This document shows positions 30,519-40,574 of a stretch of 44,553 nucleotides of DNA, one piece after another. The translations under genes were made by a program, and so were the position numbers. The DNA is taken from sequence record SRR20825019_1298; one strand, 5' to 3'. The notes under the pieces are model-generated. The model was not told the origin of the DNA. It searched no databases and saw only the letters and a program-made list of their open reading frames with translations. The first letter of the stretch is position 1. Every line of letters begins with the position of its first letter.

Positions 30519-30631
30519 CCGCGCACAGACGAACAACCGCCAATACGGGTCACAATTTGCGTGATCCCCTTGGCATGAAGCCTTGAGCGCCTTATCTGTA
30601 GCGCTAAGGCCTAAACAAAAGGATATACGTG

Positions 30632-30964
30632 ATGAGTGAAAATTCGGTCCATGACCGTATTCAGGAAATTGTCGGTAAAGATGACGTGGTGCTCTTTATG
30701 AAGGGCACACCAATCTTCCCGCAGTGTGGTTTCTCAAGCGTTGTCGCGCAGGTGCTGAACCATATCGGCGCTCCTTATGAGAGCTATAATGTGCTGGAAG
30801 ATTACGACCTGCGCGAAGGCATCAAGTCTTTCTCCGATTGGCCAACCATTCCCCAGCTTTATGTGAAGGGTGAATTTGTTGGTGGTTGCGATATCATCCG
30901 CGAGATGTTCGAGAGCGGCGAGCTGCAGCAACTTTTTGCCGACAAGGGCGTTAAAGCCGCGTAA
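30632..30964 (+). CDS. grxD: Monothiol glutaredoxin Grx4
   Basis: [23 protein letters not shown]. Confidence 0.96.
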   Translation: MSENSVHDRIQEIVGKDDVVLFMKGTPIFPQCGFSSVVAQVLNHIGAPYESYNVLEDYDLREGIKSFSDWPTIPQLYVKGEFVGGCDIIREMFESGELQQLFADKGVKAA

Positions 30965-30999
30965 TCAGAACCTTTTCCAAAGGTCAGGAGCACACCCGA

Positions 31000-32055
31000 A
31001 TGCAGTATCGCTCTCTGGGCAATACCGATATTTCTGTTTCCGAAATCTGCCTAGGGTCCATGACCTGGGGTGAGCAAAACACGGAAGCGGAAGGGCATGC
31101 GCAGATTGAACGTGCGGCGGCGGCGGGTGTAAACTTTATTGATACAGCCGAGATGTATGCGGTGCCAACGCGCGCAGAAACCTACGGCCGCACGGAAGAA
31201 ATTATCGGCTCATGGTTTGAAAAAACCAAGCGACGCCAAGAAGTTATACTCGCGACGAAGGTTGCGAGTGTGGGGCGGGACTTAAGCTATATGCGCCCGC
31301 ACCTTCATGGGGGTGTGACAAAACCCGATAAAACGTCCGTTATAGAGGCGTGTGAGGCGAGCCTGAGGCGGTTAAAAACCGACTATATCGACCTTTACCA
31401 GCTGCACTGGCCCGCGCGCCATACCAACTTCTTTGGCCACCTCCGCTACCAGCACAAGCCGGAGCTTGACGATACCCCGCTTGAAGAGACGCTTTCCGCG
31501 CTCAAGGAGCTGGTGGATGCAGGCAAAATACGGGCTGTGGGGCTGTCGAACGAGACCGCGTGGGGCGTCAACCACGCGCTGAAACTGGCGGAAAACATGG
31601 GGCTGCCGCGCATCGTCAGCACCCAAAACCCCTATAGCTTGCTGAACCGCAGCTATGAGGTGGGGCTGGCCGAAATCGGCATGCGGGAACAGGTTGGCCT
31701 GCTCGCGCACTCACCGCTGGCATTTGGCGTGCTTTCGGGTAAATACCTCAATGATAACAAGCCTGTAGGGGCGCGCATGACCCGCTGGGGCGACAAATTC
31801 CCGCGCTACGGCACCGGCAAGGCCATGGCGGCGACAGAGCGATATGTGGCGCTGGCCAGAGAATACGGCCTGTCGGGCGCGGAGCTTGCCATCGCCTTTG
31901 TTTTGGCTCAACCCTTTGTAACATCTGCGGTTATTGGCGCGACAAGCCTTGAGCAGCTGGACGAACTACTGGGTGCAGCCAAGGTCAAGCTAGAGCCGAA
32001 ACTCCTCAAGGAGCTTAACCGCATCGATGATGACATCACCTTCCCCTGCCCCTGA
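31000..32055 (+). CDS. NADP(H)-dependent aldo/keto reductase (Tas-like)
   Basis: CLGSMTWGEQN, DTAEMY, DLYQLHWP, GLSNET, QNPYSLLNR, IGATS. Confidence 0.92.
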   Translation: MQYRSLGNTDISVSEICLGSMTWGEQNTEAEGHAQIERAAAAGVNFIDTAEMYAVPTRAETYGRTEEIIGSWFEKTKRRQEVILATKVASVGRDLSYMRPHLHGGVTKPDKTSVIEACEASLRRLKTDYIDLYQLHWPARHTNFFGHLRYQHKPELDDTPLEETLSALKELVDAGKIRAVGLSNETAWGVNHALKLAENMGLPRIVSTQNPYSLLNRSYEVGLAEIGMREQVGLLAHSPLAFGVLSGKYLNDNKPVGARMTRWGDKFPRYGTGKAMAATERYVALAREYGLSGAELAIAFVLAQPFVTSAVIGATSLEQLDELLGAAKVKLEPKLLKELNRIDDDITFPCP

Positions 32056-32093
32056 CATGGGCTGATTCAGGCTTGAAATACAGGTAGTTAACT

Positions 32094-32582
32094 ATGTTCT
32101 GGCGCCAAATGACAGCAGACGACATGCGTGCGGTGATCACCCTCGCCGCCGATATCCATATTGACCACCCGGAGGATGATGACGTGATCATGGAGCGACC
32201 CACTTTCTTCCCTGAAGGCTGTTTTGTGCTGCAGGCAGAGGATGAGATTTTGGGCTATACCCTTGTGCATCCTGCGGAATTTGAAACACCGCCTGCCCTG
32301 AATGCCCTGATCGGCACCGCACCTGAAAGCACAGACACGCTACATATCCATGATATTGCCCTGAGCCCCAAGGCGCGCGGCACAGGCGCTTCAGGAAACG
32401 CGCTTAAGCTTATAAAAGAACAGGGAAAACTTGCGGGCTACCGCCGCCTCAGCATCGTGGCGGTTAATGGCACCGAACCCTTCTGGCAGAAACACGGCTT
32501 TGAGCATCACACCAGCGAGAAGCTCACCAAAAAGCTGGCGTCATACGACGGCACCGCCAGCTATATGCTCTGCCCGCTATAG
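32094..32582 (+). CDS. GNAT family N-acetyltransferase
   Basis: IHDIALSPKARGTG acetyl-CoA motif, FWQKHGF. Confidence 0.88.
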   Translation: MFWRQMTADDMRAVITLAADIHIDHPEDDDVIMERPTFFPEGCFVLQAEDEILGYTLVHPAEFETPPALNALIGTAPESTDTLHIHDIALSPKARGTGASGNALKLIKEQGKLAGYRRLSIVAVNGTEPFWQKHGFEHHTSEKLTKKLASYDGTASYMLCPL

Positions 32583-32605
32583 GCCGCGCTCCAACCCCGC
32601 GTTAG

Positions 32606-32637
32606 CAAAAAAAAGGCGCCCAAACTGAGCGCCTTTC
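32606..32637. terminator. Intrinsic terminator
   Basis: A-tract + GGCGC ... GCGCCTTT between convergent genes. Confidence 0.7.
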
Positions 32638-32669
32638 CCGTTATATTTCAAAGCATTAAGCGCCCGCGC

Positions 32670-33449
32670 TTACATGCCTTTTGTGTAAAGATGGATGAAA
32701 CGGTCCGTCTTGCCGCGGATCTCAGGCGCAAACGGGCCCGTGCTCATGTCATCGTCAGGGTTCGCGAGCAGATCACTTTCAGACGCCAGCGTGAAGCCCG
32801 CTTCCATCATCTGTTTTTTCACCAGTGCCGGGTCAATACGGTGCAGCTTGTTCATTGCTTCCGCGTCTGCGCCCGCCGGGCCAACATGGTCGATGATCAG
32901 AATTTTACCACTTGGTTTCAATGCCTTATGGATTGATGCCAGCGCCGCTGGCACATCTGCCTGCGGGGTTGACCGTGCCTCATGCTGGAAATAATAGTCA
33001 TGATACGCCAGCACCATGATCGCCAGATCAACGCTCCCTTCATCCAGGTCAACGGCTTCGCTATCCCCATGAATAAGCTCAACATTGCCGAGCCGGTCTT
33101 CATAGCGCTTGCCAATGCTGTCTTTCACAAAAGCCCAGTAAACCGGGCCGTTGTGGGCATAAACCATGCCGTCATCACCCACAGCACGGGCCAGAATTTC
33201 TGTATAATACCCGCCGCCCGAATTGATATCGAGCACCACCATGCCCGGCTCAAGCCCTGCAAAAGCAAGCACTTCCGCCGGTTTGCGGTCTGCGTCACGG
33301 GCTTTTTCTTCCTCCGTGCGCTCGGCGCTCATCACTGCCGCTTCAATGGCTGCCTTGCCGTGATGCTCGGCCGTCACAGCACCGGAAAGCCCTGTAAATC
33401 CAAGGCTTAGCGCAAGTGCCGCCGCTGTATATTTCAAATGCGTTTTCAT
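32670..33449 (-). CDS. Exported class I SAM-dependent methyltransferase-like protein
   Basis: Signal peptide; RDADRKPAEVLAF, VLDINSGGGYYT, YHD, LKPSG, IRGKTDRF. Confidence 0.85.
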   Translation of the reverse strand: MKTHLKYTAAALALSLGFTGLSGAVTAEHHGKAAIEAAVMSAERTEEEKARDADRKPAEVLAFAGLEPGMVVLDINSGGGYYTEILARAVGDDGMVYAHNGPVYWAFVKDSIGKRYEDRLGNVELIHGDSEAVDLDEGSVDLAIMVLAYHDYYFQHEARSTPQADVPAALASIHKALKPSGKILIIDHVGPAGADAEAMNKLHRIDPALVKKQMMEAGFTLASESDLLANPDDDMSTGPFAPEIRGKTDRFIHLYTKGM

Positions 33450-33700
33450 CAATCCCCACTCCTGATAGGAAATTAGCTGTACCAACCACCCTATGAGGCA
33501 CACCGCCACAAGCAAGTAATAATGCCGTGAAGATTGTGGGCTTTCGTTTACTATCTGACGTTTACAAACCAGCGTTTACCAGAGCGCCACAGGCGTGGCG
33601 AAAGTGTGACGGTTTTTGCGGCAGAGGTGTGGCGCGAATTTTGTGAGAACAGAGTGCTGCAAGCAGCTGAATTACCTGTATAAAACCGCGCTCACCCGTT

Positions 33701-33745
33701 AAAAAAAGGTGTGGCGCCACACATTCGGGCACCTGCGCCACACCC
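33701..33745 (-). terminator. Terminator of the DUF3291 gene
   Basis: On the minus strand GGTGTGGCGC ... GCGCCACACC followed by T7. Confidence 0.65.
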
Positions 33746-33757
33746 TCAAATCGCTGG

Positions 33758-34267
33758 TCAGGCCTTTGCCATCACCCCCGCTGGCGGCAAAGGTTCACCA
33801 TCAAAATCAAACGCACGCTTGAAGGTGAAAGCCATCGGTGTCGGGCCATGCTCCCGCAAATACAAAAGCCGCTCTTCCGCTTCCTCAAGCGATGGCAAAT
33901 GCCCCTTTGGCACCCACCACAGCACCATGTGCATCTCCGTCGGCATTTCAAACCATTCTTTCCGGCGGGCCAGATAATGCGTGTGGGCTGATTTGTACAC
34001 ATAATCAAACAGGCTTTCCCTGTTTTCCCACACCGACATATTGGTCAGCGTATCCTCAAACATGGTGTAGCTCATGGCGCTGCCGGTCTCGTCCTGATGC
34101 CGCCATACAAATCCGGGCGACGCTTCCGCAAGCGCGTTGATCTCATCAAGCGCATTGATGAAACCCGCCATCTCTTCACTATCCTGAGGATATAAAATTT
34201 TGCCCACATTCAATTGGGCCAGATGATAATCGGCAGCAGACTGCCCCTTAAAGCCGTGGTCTGACAC
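33758..34267 (-). CDS. DUF3291 domain protein
   Basis: HLAQLNVG, INALAEASPGFVWR, NMSVWE, RRKEWF, LWWVPKGHLP, HGPTPMAFTF; GTG start with GGAGGA RBS. Confidence 0.88.
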   Translation of the reverse strand: MSDHGFKGQSAADYHLAQLNVGKILYPQDSEEMAGFINALDEINALAEASPGFVWRHQDETGSAMSYTMFEDTLTNMSVWENRESLFDYVYKSAHTHYLARRKEWFEMPTEMHMVLWWVPKGHLPSLEEAEERLLYLREHGPTPMAFTFKRAFDFDGEPLPPAGVMAKA

Positions 34268-34471
34268 TGGCTTTCCTCCTCTTTGATCCTCGCACTCCTC
34301 TCCCATTTAGGCATTGAGTATGTGACTTTAAAGTCAGTATTTCTGTTCTGCTGCGCAATAAAATTGCGCAGCCACGCAATTTTTGCTTGCAAATAGAGGC
34401 GAAGGCTGGCGTGTTCTGCCTCGTTGGCCACAAAAATAAAACCGCCAGCACATGATAAAAACGAGGATAGA

Positions 34472-35818
34472 ATGACAGAGCACCCCACAGCCAAGGGCGA
34501 CGCACGCCCAAATTCTGCCGGTACAGAACCCGCCCCCCAGCCAAGCCCGAAGAACAAAAGCTTCTTCTGGCTTATTGTCAGCGGTTTCATCTCCATGATC
34601 GGGGATCAGTTCACGCTTATCGGCCTGCCGTGGCTTACGCTCAAGCTCACGGGTGACCCCATGGCGCTTGGTCTTGTACTGGCGGTTGTCGGCCTGCCGC
34701 GTGCCATTTTCATCCTGCTGGGCGGCGCGATTGTGGACCGCTATTCCCCCAAAGGCGTGCTTCTTGTGTCCAAATATGTCAACACCGCGCTTCTGGGCGT
34801 GCTGGCGGGCCTTGTGTTTACGGGCGGGCTTACCCTGCCGCTTCTATACCTGCTTGCCGCTGCCATCGGGCTTGCCAGCGCCTTTGCTTACCCCGCTGGC
34901 ATGTCTATCCTGCCGTTTGTTGTGCCGCGTGAAAAGCTCGCGCAGGCCAATGGCCTCACCATGGCCTCGCGGCAGGTTACCTTTTTCATCGGCCCGCTGA
35001 TTGCCGGTTTTGTCATCGCGCTTTTTGGGCCGGACGGCCTGAACAGCGGCGCACCAGCCGCAAACCCGCTGGCGGCAGAGGCCACAGGCCTCGCCCTTGT
35101 GTTTGCGCTTGATGGCCTCAGTTTCCTCGTCTCCGGCTTCATGCTGCATCTGGTGCACACGCGCAAAGCCGAGCAACCGGCGGGCACCGCAAACGTGCTC
35201 CGCCTCATGGTGGAAGGTATCCGCAATATATTGGGCGACCGTGACCTCCGCCTGCTGTTCGCCTATATGGCGCTCATTCAAATATTCGTGGTTGGGCCCT
35301 TGCAGGTGGGCCTGCCCGTATTCGCGGAAAGTCACCTGGACGGCGGCGCCGCCTCCTTCGGTACCATCATGGCCGCCCACGGTGCCGGGGTGCTTGTTGG
35401 CGTGCTGGTTGCGGGCGCGGGGCTCAAGCTCGGTTTCCGCACGCTGGGGCAAACCTTCCTCTCCATCGATATCCTTATCGGGCTTGGTGTTGCGGCTTTC
35501 GCTTTTGTCACCACCACGCTTTCCGGCGGGGCCATCATGGCGGCGGCTGGTTTCCTTGGCGGCATTGTGCAGGTACGCATTTTCTCATGGCTTCAGGCCC
35601 GCACACCGCCCGCACAAATGGGCCGGGTGATGAGCTTTTTCATGTTCATCGTTATGGGCATGGCGCCCATTTCGGCCTCTGCCGCAGGCTGGGTGCTGAG
35701 CTTTGTAGACATCACCACCTTCTTCCTTGCCTCAGGCCTTATGCTCACGCTTACCGCAGCCATCAGCCTGATGATCAAACCGATGCGGGAGGTTGGCGCG
35801 CCTGTCGGGCAAGATTAA
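34472..35818 (+). CDS. MFS transporter (DHA3/MFS_3-like)
   Basis: ISMIGDQFT, GGAIVDRY, GRVMS; about 12 TM. Confidence 0.88.
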   Translation: MTEHPTAKGDARPNSAGTEPAPQPSPKNKSFFWLIVSGFISMIGDQFTLIGLPWLTLKLTGDPMALGLVLAVVGLPRAIFILLGGAIVDRYSPKGVLLVSKYVNTALLGVLAGLVFTGGLTLPLLYLLAAAIGLASAFAYPAGMSILPFVVPREKLAQANGLTMASRQVTFFIGPLIAGFVIALFGPDGLNSGAPAANPLAAEATGLALVFALDGLSFLVSGFMLHLVHTRKAEQPAGTANVLRLMVEGIRNILGDRDLRLLFAYMALIQIFVVGPLQVGLPVFAESHLDGGAASFGTIMAAHGAGVLVGVLVAGAGLKLGFRTLGQTFLSIDILIGLGVAAFAFVTTTLSGGAIMAAAGFLGGIVQVRIFSWLQARTPPAQMGRVMSFFMFIVMGMAPISASAAGWVLSFVDITTFFLASGLMLTLTAAISLMIKPMREVGAPVGQD

Positions 35819-35863
35819 CCAATAGGGCTGGCGGGTATGCTGCATATCAGGCATACTCGCCTT

Positions 35864-36514
35864 ATGGTTAACACAGACAACACCAGCCCTGAGGGCACCG
35901 AAACAACCGAAGAAATTCGCCGTAACCGCTGGTGTGAAAGCTTCGGCTCGAACGAGAACAGCATCATGGTGTTTAACGACCTGTGCACCCGCATGAGCGG
36001 GGAAGGCCGCCATTACCACACCATGGAGCATATCGACGAGTTGCTCGCGCTCGCGGAAACCGCCGACATCACCGATAAATGGTTCCATGCCGCCTTGTGG
36101 TTTCATGATGTGGTCTATCATCCCGGCGCCAAAAACAACGAGGAATTCAGCGCCCGCTTGGCAGGCAAAGCCATGCCGGTGTTAGGTATGGAAGGTGATG
36201 AGCAGGCCAAAACCATGGCCGCCATTCGCGCCACCAAAACCCACAAAATCCCCAAGGGCACGGACAAGGACATTCAGCTTTTTCTTGATGCCGATATGGC
36301 CATTCTGGGCGCGGAGCGGGAGCGATATAAGCGCTACGCCGCAGATATCCGGCGGGAGTTCAGCCATATAAGCGGCTGGCGCTACGCATGGGGTCGCAGG
36401 CGTTTCCTTAAATCATGCCTCAAGCGCAAAGCCATTTTCCTCAGCCCCTGGTTTAACCACAAGTTCGAAGCCCGCGCCCGCGCCAATATTCAGGCGGAAC
36501 TGAAGGGGTTTTAG
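35864..36514 (+). CDS. HD-domain metal-dependent phosphohydrolase-like protein
   Basis: RHYHTMEHI, WFHDVVY, NEEFSA, FLDADMAILG, IRREF. Confidence 0.85.
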   Translation: MVNTDNTSPEGTETTEEIRRNRWCESFGSNENSIMVFNDLCTRMSGEGRHYHTMEHIDELLALAETADITDKWFHAALWFHDVVYHPGAKNNEEFSARLAGKAMPVLGMEGDEQAKTMAAIRATKTHKIPKGTDKDIQLFLDADMAILGAERERYKRYAADIRREFSHISGWRYAWGRRRFLKSCLKRKAIFLSPWFNHKFEARARANIQAELKGF

Positions 36515-36557
36515 AGGGGCACTGTCCATTTCAAGCGTATTCACCCCCGTATTTCAT

Positions 36558-36588
36558 TTGACAACTTGCCGCTAGGCATCACTAAAAT
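36558..36588 (+). promoter_or_regulatory. Candidate sigma70 promoter of the OLD-like gene
   Basis: TTGACA (36558) and TAAAAT (36583); the 19-bp spacer is longer than optimal. Confidence 0.35.
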
Positions 36589-36620
36589 GACCTCATAAGT
36601 TAAGAATTGGGGGGGGCACG

Positions 36621-38276
36621 ATGGTTAAAAACGATAATCTTCCATTGATCGAAAAAATTGAAATTAAATACTTTAGGTCAATCCATGATGTGACGTTGAA
36701 TAGATGCGAAAGAATTAACATAATTACCGGAGGAAATGATTCTGGAAAATCTAACGTGCTTCGTGCGCTAAACTTGTTTTTTTCTAACCAGACTGATTTT
36801 GATATTCCTTATGACTTTGAAAAAGACTTAGCCATTCGACGAGTTGCCGAAACCCAAGCTAGTCGCAAGCAAGCATTTATTTATGTCAAAATAACTTTCA
36901 ACAACATATTTCAATTCCAGTCTCTCCCTAAACAGTTCGCCGTAAAAAAACAGTGGAACCGGTACTGGGATGAGCCTGATACCTCCTATTTCCCCCGAAA
37001 TCTAAAATCGGCGAACGTTTCGAAGTTTCTCAATCGTATCCAACTTCACTATGTTCCTGCCATTAAAGACCGTGAAATCTTCCAGCACTATCTGAAGCTA
37101 GTTCACAACACATTAGTAAGCAGCAATGTTCAGTTGCGTACTGCTTCTCGACAATTTTCTGATGTTATATCGGCAGCCACTCAATCTATGGAGGAACGGA
37201 TCAAAAGTGGTATTGGCGTAGAAAGCCGCATCGATTTTCCAGACGATCTTAGTATACTCTTTGGCGACCTCGACTTCTCTACTATGATATCAGATAATGT
37301 TTGGCTTAGTTTTAAACAAAGAGGCGACGGCATTCAGATAGGCCACATTCCCTATATTCTAGACTTTCTCGCTAGGCAGAATACGGATAAAGCCTTTGTT
37401 TGGGTATACGAAGAGCCAGAAAACTCACTGGAAATGACTCGCGCTTTTGAATTGGCCGACAAGTTCCTCAATGACTTTAGCAAGAAGAACCAAATCTTTC
37501 TTACCACACATTCACCGGCTTTTTATGCGCTCGAAGGACCTCACGCAAAAAAGTGGTTCGTTGACCAAACACGCGAAGCTGTGGAAGAAAAACACTACTA
37601 TTCGTCGAGAGTAACCCCCTCAGACAGTATTGATGACGTTGACAATCTACTCGGCGTAGCAGCTCTCATTAAGAAGCATGCAAAAAAGATTTTCGACGAA
37701 AGAGAAATTCTATTAAAGCAAGCTAAACGACTAACACAGTTAGAAAAATCGACGTTGGTTTGCGAAGGCTCAACAGATGTCAAGTATATTCAAAAGGCCA
37801 TTGAGATACTAGACCCTGAACTCGCTATACATATAACAGTTCAGGAAGTAGGTGCGAATAATAAAAATACCGGCTCCGATAGCCTCAAAAAACTTCGCAC
37901 TCTACTGATAAACAACGACAATATAACCAGCGGTAGATGTATATTTGTTTTTGATTGCGACGAGACCTCATTGCCACATCAAGAGACTGGTAAGATCTCC
38001 ACATTTCGGTTCAACAGACTAGATGGCCGACCTCTGAAAAATGGCATTGAAAACAATTTTCCCAACGAGACCTTGGACTGCATCTATTCCGACGAAGAAC
38101 GGTTTTGGAGTTTAAGAAGCAAAACCGGGTCCGGAGGAGCAGTAATTAGCCAAGTGCGGGAGCTTAAAAAGACCGAAGTTTGCGAGTTTATCTGCAACCG
38201 TGCATTAGAGGAGGACTTCCAACCATTTCACCCTTTAGTTTCCTTTATTAGAGAGAATGTGATCCTTAATGAATAA
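36621..38276 (+). CDS. OLD-family-like ABC ATPase + TOPRIM nuclease
   Basis: IEIKYFRSI, Walker A GGNDSGKS, signature RGDG, Walker B YEEPENSL, TTHSP, TOPRIM CEGSTD and FDCD; AT-rich relative to flanks. Confidence 0.82.
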   Translation: MVKNDNLPLIEKIEIKYFRSIHDVTLNRCERINIITGGNDSGKSNVLRALNLFFSNQTDFDIPYDFEKDLAIRRVAETQASRKQAFIYVKITFNNIFQFQSLPKQFAVKKQWNRYWDEPDTSYFPRNLKSANVSKFLNRIQLHYVPAIKDREIFQHYLKLVHNTLVSSNVQLRTASRQFSDVISAATQSMEERIKSGIGVESRIDFPDDLSILFGDLDFSTMISDNVWLSFKQRGDGIQIGHIPYILDFLARQNTDKAFVWVYEEPENSLEMTRAFELADKFLNDFSKKNQIFLTTHSPAFYALEGPHAKKWFVDQTREAVEEKHYYSSRVTPSDSIDDVDNLLGVAALIKKHAKKIFDEREILLKQAKRLTQLEKSTLVCEGSTDVKYIQKAIEILDPELAIHITVQEVGANNKNTGSDSLKKLRTLLINNDNITSGRCIFVFDCDETSLPHQETGKISTFRFNRLDGRPLKNGIENNFPNETLDCIYSDEERFWSLRSKTGSGGAVISQVRELKKTEVCEFICNRALEEDFQPFHPLVSFIRENVILNE

Positions 38277-38290
38277 AAGGATTTAACTCC

Positions 38291-39220
38291 TTGAATCAGA
38301 ATATTATCCCTAGACGCCTGCCGGTGCGTGTTCGGCGTTTCATCATGTTCGGGGCCGGTATGCTCGCGCTCGGCTTTCTCACCATCCTGTGGCTTGGCTG
38401 GAGTGTGATGTTGGACGGTATGACCAGCTTTTTCCTGTTTCTCGTGGCTGTGGGCGGTGCGACGATTGCCAACGCAACCGGGGTTGGGGGTGGTGTGGTG
38501 TTTCTGCCCGCCTTTGAGTATCTGGGCAGCACGGGGCTTGTGAGCATTACCGCCGCCCAGATTGTGGGCATGAGTTTCATCATCCAGTGTTTTGGCATGA
38601 CGACGGGGTCGCTTAACTGGCTTGGCCGCATTTATGACCACCGGGCGGCGGATACGGGCGTGCAGCCGCGCGCCTTCTGGCGGCTTCTTGGCATTGTGAT
38701 GGTGATGGCCCTGCCCGCGCTGTTGCTCACGCAAGCCAGCTTTGATGCACCGCCTGAGGCTGTGCTGTTGTGGTTCAAAACGCTTTCCATCGCCCTTGGG
38801 CTCACGCTTCTTGTTACCACACTGGTATCGCGCCAGAACGCGCTGCCGCGCCTGGAGGTTGGCGTGGTGGATTATATCGCGCTTGCCGTGCTGGGGCTTA
38901 TTGGCGGGGTGGCGACGGCGTTTTTCTCCGTCGGTGTGGGGGAACTGATGGCGCTATATCTGTTCATTCGCAACTTCCCACTTATTACCGCCGCGGGTGT
39001 TGCCGTGATGGCGAGCAGCCTGAGCGTGCTTTCGGGCGTTTGGCACCATATCCTTAGCGACCCGCAGCCGTGGGGCATGCTGATTTTCCTCGCGCTTGGG
39101 TGCACGGTGGGCGGGGCATTGGCCCGGCATTTTGCGCTGATGTTGGGCGCGCGGCGGTTGAAGATATTCGCGAGCCTTTGGATCACGCTCTCCAGCGCTT
39201 ACCTCTTGTTTGTGCACTAA
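38291..39220 (+). CDS. Sulfite exporter TauE/SafE family protein
   Basis: ANATGVGGGVVFLP, SVGVGE, multiple TM helices; start may be ATG 38345. Confidence 0.8.
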   Translation: MNQNIIPRRLPVRVRRFIMFGAGMLALGFLTILWLGWSVMLDGMTSFFLFLVAVGGATIANATGVGGGVVFLPAFEYLGSTGLVSITAAQIVGMSFIIQCFGMTTGSLNWLGRIYDHRAADTGVQPRAFWRLLGIVMVMALPALLLTQASFDAPPEAVLLWFKTLSIALGLTLLVTTLVSRQNALPRLEVGVVDYIALAVLGLIGGVATAFFSVGVGELMALYLFIRNFPLITAAGVAVMASSLSVLSGVWHHILSDPQPWGMLIFLALGCTVGGALARHFALMLGARRLKIFASLWITLSSAYLLFVH

Positions 39221-39439
39221 CCCCCTGTTTTGACAAACAAAGATTCACGTATTAAGCTTCTCCTATAATAGAAGCGCCGGACAATGAGCCTGCGCCGGAT
39301 GACGACGAGCGAGGAAACACTGGTTTCCTCATATATCCGCCCCCAAAGGGGCCAATAACACCCTGCCATGCCTGGGGCGATACGCTTTGCTGCATCCATC
39401 TGCCGCCGGGCCAATAATAACGTGAGAGGAAACCGAGAG

Positions 39440-40096
39440 ATGAAAACATTCCAGAAATTTGGCGGGCTAGCCGCCATCCTTGAGGCGGCCGCCTATATTT
39501 TTGGCTTCAGCCTGTATTTCACCGTGTTTACCACGCCGGTGGAAGGGGGCCTTATGGGCCGCCTGGCGTTCGCGGAGGCCAACAGCACGATCCTGTTCAT
39601 TCAAAACCTGATCATATACGTGGGCTTTGGCGCGCTGCTTATTGTGCTGACACTGGCACTTTATGACCGCATGAAAACGCTCACGCCTGCCCTGTCGCTC
39701 ACCGCAGCGGGTTTTGGCATCGTGTGGGCCACGCTGGTGATTGCAAGTGGCATGCTCGGCAATGTGGGCCTTGAAGCCGCGCTCGCGCTGAAAAGCACGG
39801 ATGCAGACGCAGCTGCCATGTTGCTCAAGACCACAGGCACCGTGCAAAACGGCCTTGGTGGCGGCAATGAGATTGTGGGCGGCATCTGGGTGCTGCTGAT
39901 CAGCATTGCGGGCTTGAGAAGCGCCGCGCTGCCGCGTTTCCTCAACTATCTTGGGCTTGTTGTCGGCGGTGCCGGGCTTTTAAGCACGATCCCCGGTTTA
40001 GGTGATCTGGGTGCTATATTCGGGCTGGGCCAGATTGTCTGGTTTATCTGGATTGGCGCCGCGATGATCCGCAGCCCTGAGGTGCAGCAGGCTTAA
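39440..40096 (+). CDS. Membrane protein (DUF4386-like)
   Basis: About six TM helices, GLGGGNEIVGGIW, FGLGQIVWFIWIG. Confidence 0.7.
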   Translation: MKTFQKFGGLAAILEAAAYIFGFSLYFTVFTTPVEGGLMGRLAFAEANSTILFIQNLIIYVGFGALLIVLTLALYDRMKTLTPALSLTAAGFGIVWATLVIASGMLGNVGLEAALALKSTDADAAAMLLKTTGTVQNGLGGGNEIVGGIWVLLISIAGLRSAALPRFLNYLGLVVGGAGLLSTIPGLGDLGAIFGLGQIVWFIWIGAAMIRSPEVQQA

Positions 40097-40141
40097 GCGT
40101 TTGCACTAAAAAAGGTGGGAGGTCACCCTCACCCGTCTGGG

Positions 40142-40360
40142 CTACTGGCTCCGGCGGGTGAAAAGCAGATAGATGAAAAGCGAGAGGCCGATGCCTACCG
40201 GCATGCCAATGGCGTAGCCCGTAGCCCAGTCGCCCATATAACGCGCGAGGCCCACACTGAGAGCGGTGCCAAGCCCTGCGCCCACGGCAACAGCCGCGCC
40301 AACGCCCACACGCTTGCTGTCCTCAGTGCCATCAGATGAATGATGTTTTACCTGCCCCAT
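40142..40360 (-). CDS. Small Gly-rich 2-TM membrane protein
   Basis: MGQVK ... GVGAAVAVGAGLGTAL ... GYAIGMPVGIGL; GAGGGG RBS. Confidence 0.55.
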   Translation of the reverse strand: MGQVKHHSSDGTEDSKRVGVGAAVAVGAGLGTALSVGLARYMGDWATGYAIGMPVGIGLSLFIYLLFTRRSQ

Positions 40361-40574
40361 GGCTTTCCCCTCTTTGTCACATTCCCTACGATAGTACTTA
40401 TTCCCCGTTGGCAGCATACAGGCGCTAACCCGCTTTTGCCAAGCCCACACGGGACAAGTGTCCGCCTGCCCCCAAGGAACCAGTGGAATTTTCCTAAAAA
40501 ACAACCTATAGTATTCATCCTGCCCGAAAAAATCGATGTTTCAAGTTCTGGTAACACATGAAAAGGGGGAACCC

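Noticed and set aside
35864-38276. HD hydrolase plus OLD-like nuclease as a two-gene defence system
   Set aside because: The HD gene is GC-rich and host-like, and a candidate promoter separates it from the nuclease; no evidence of joint acquisition.
39230-39269. TTGACA ... TATAAT sigma70 promoter
   Set aside because: The hexamers are about 28 bp apart.
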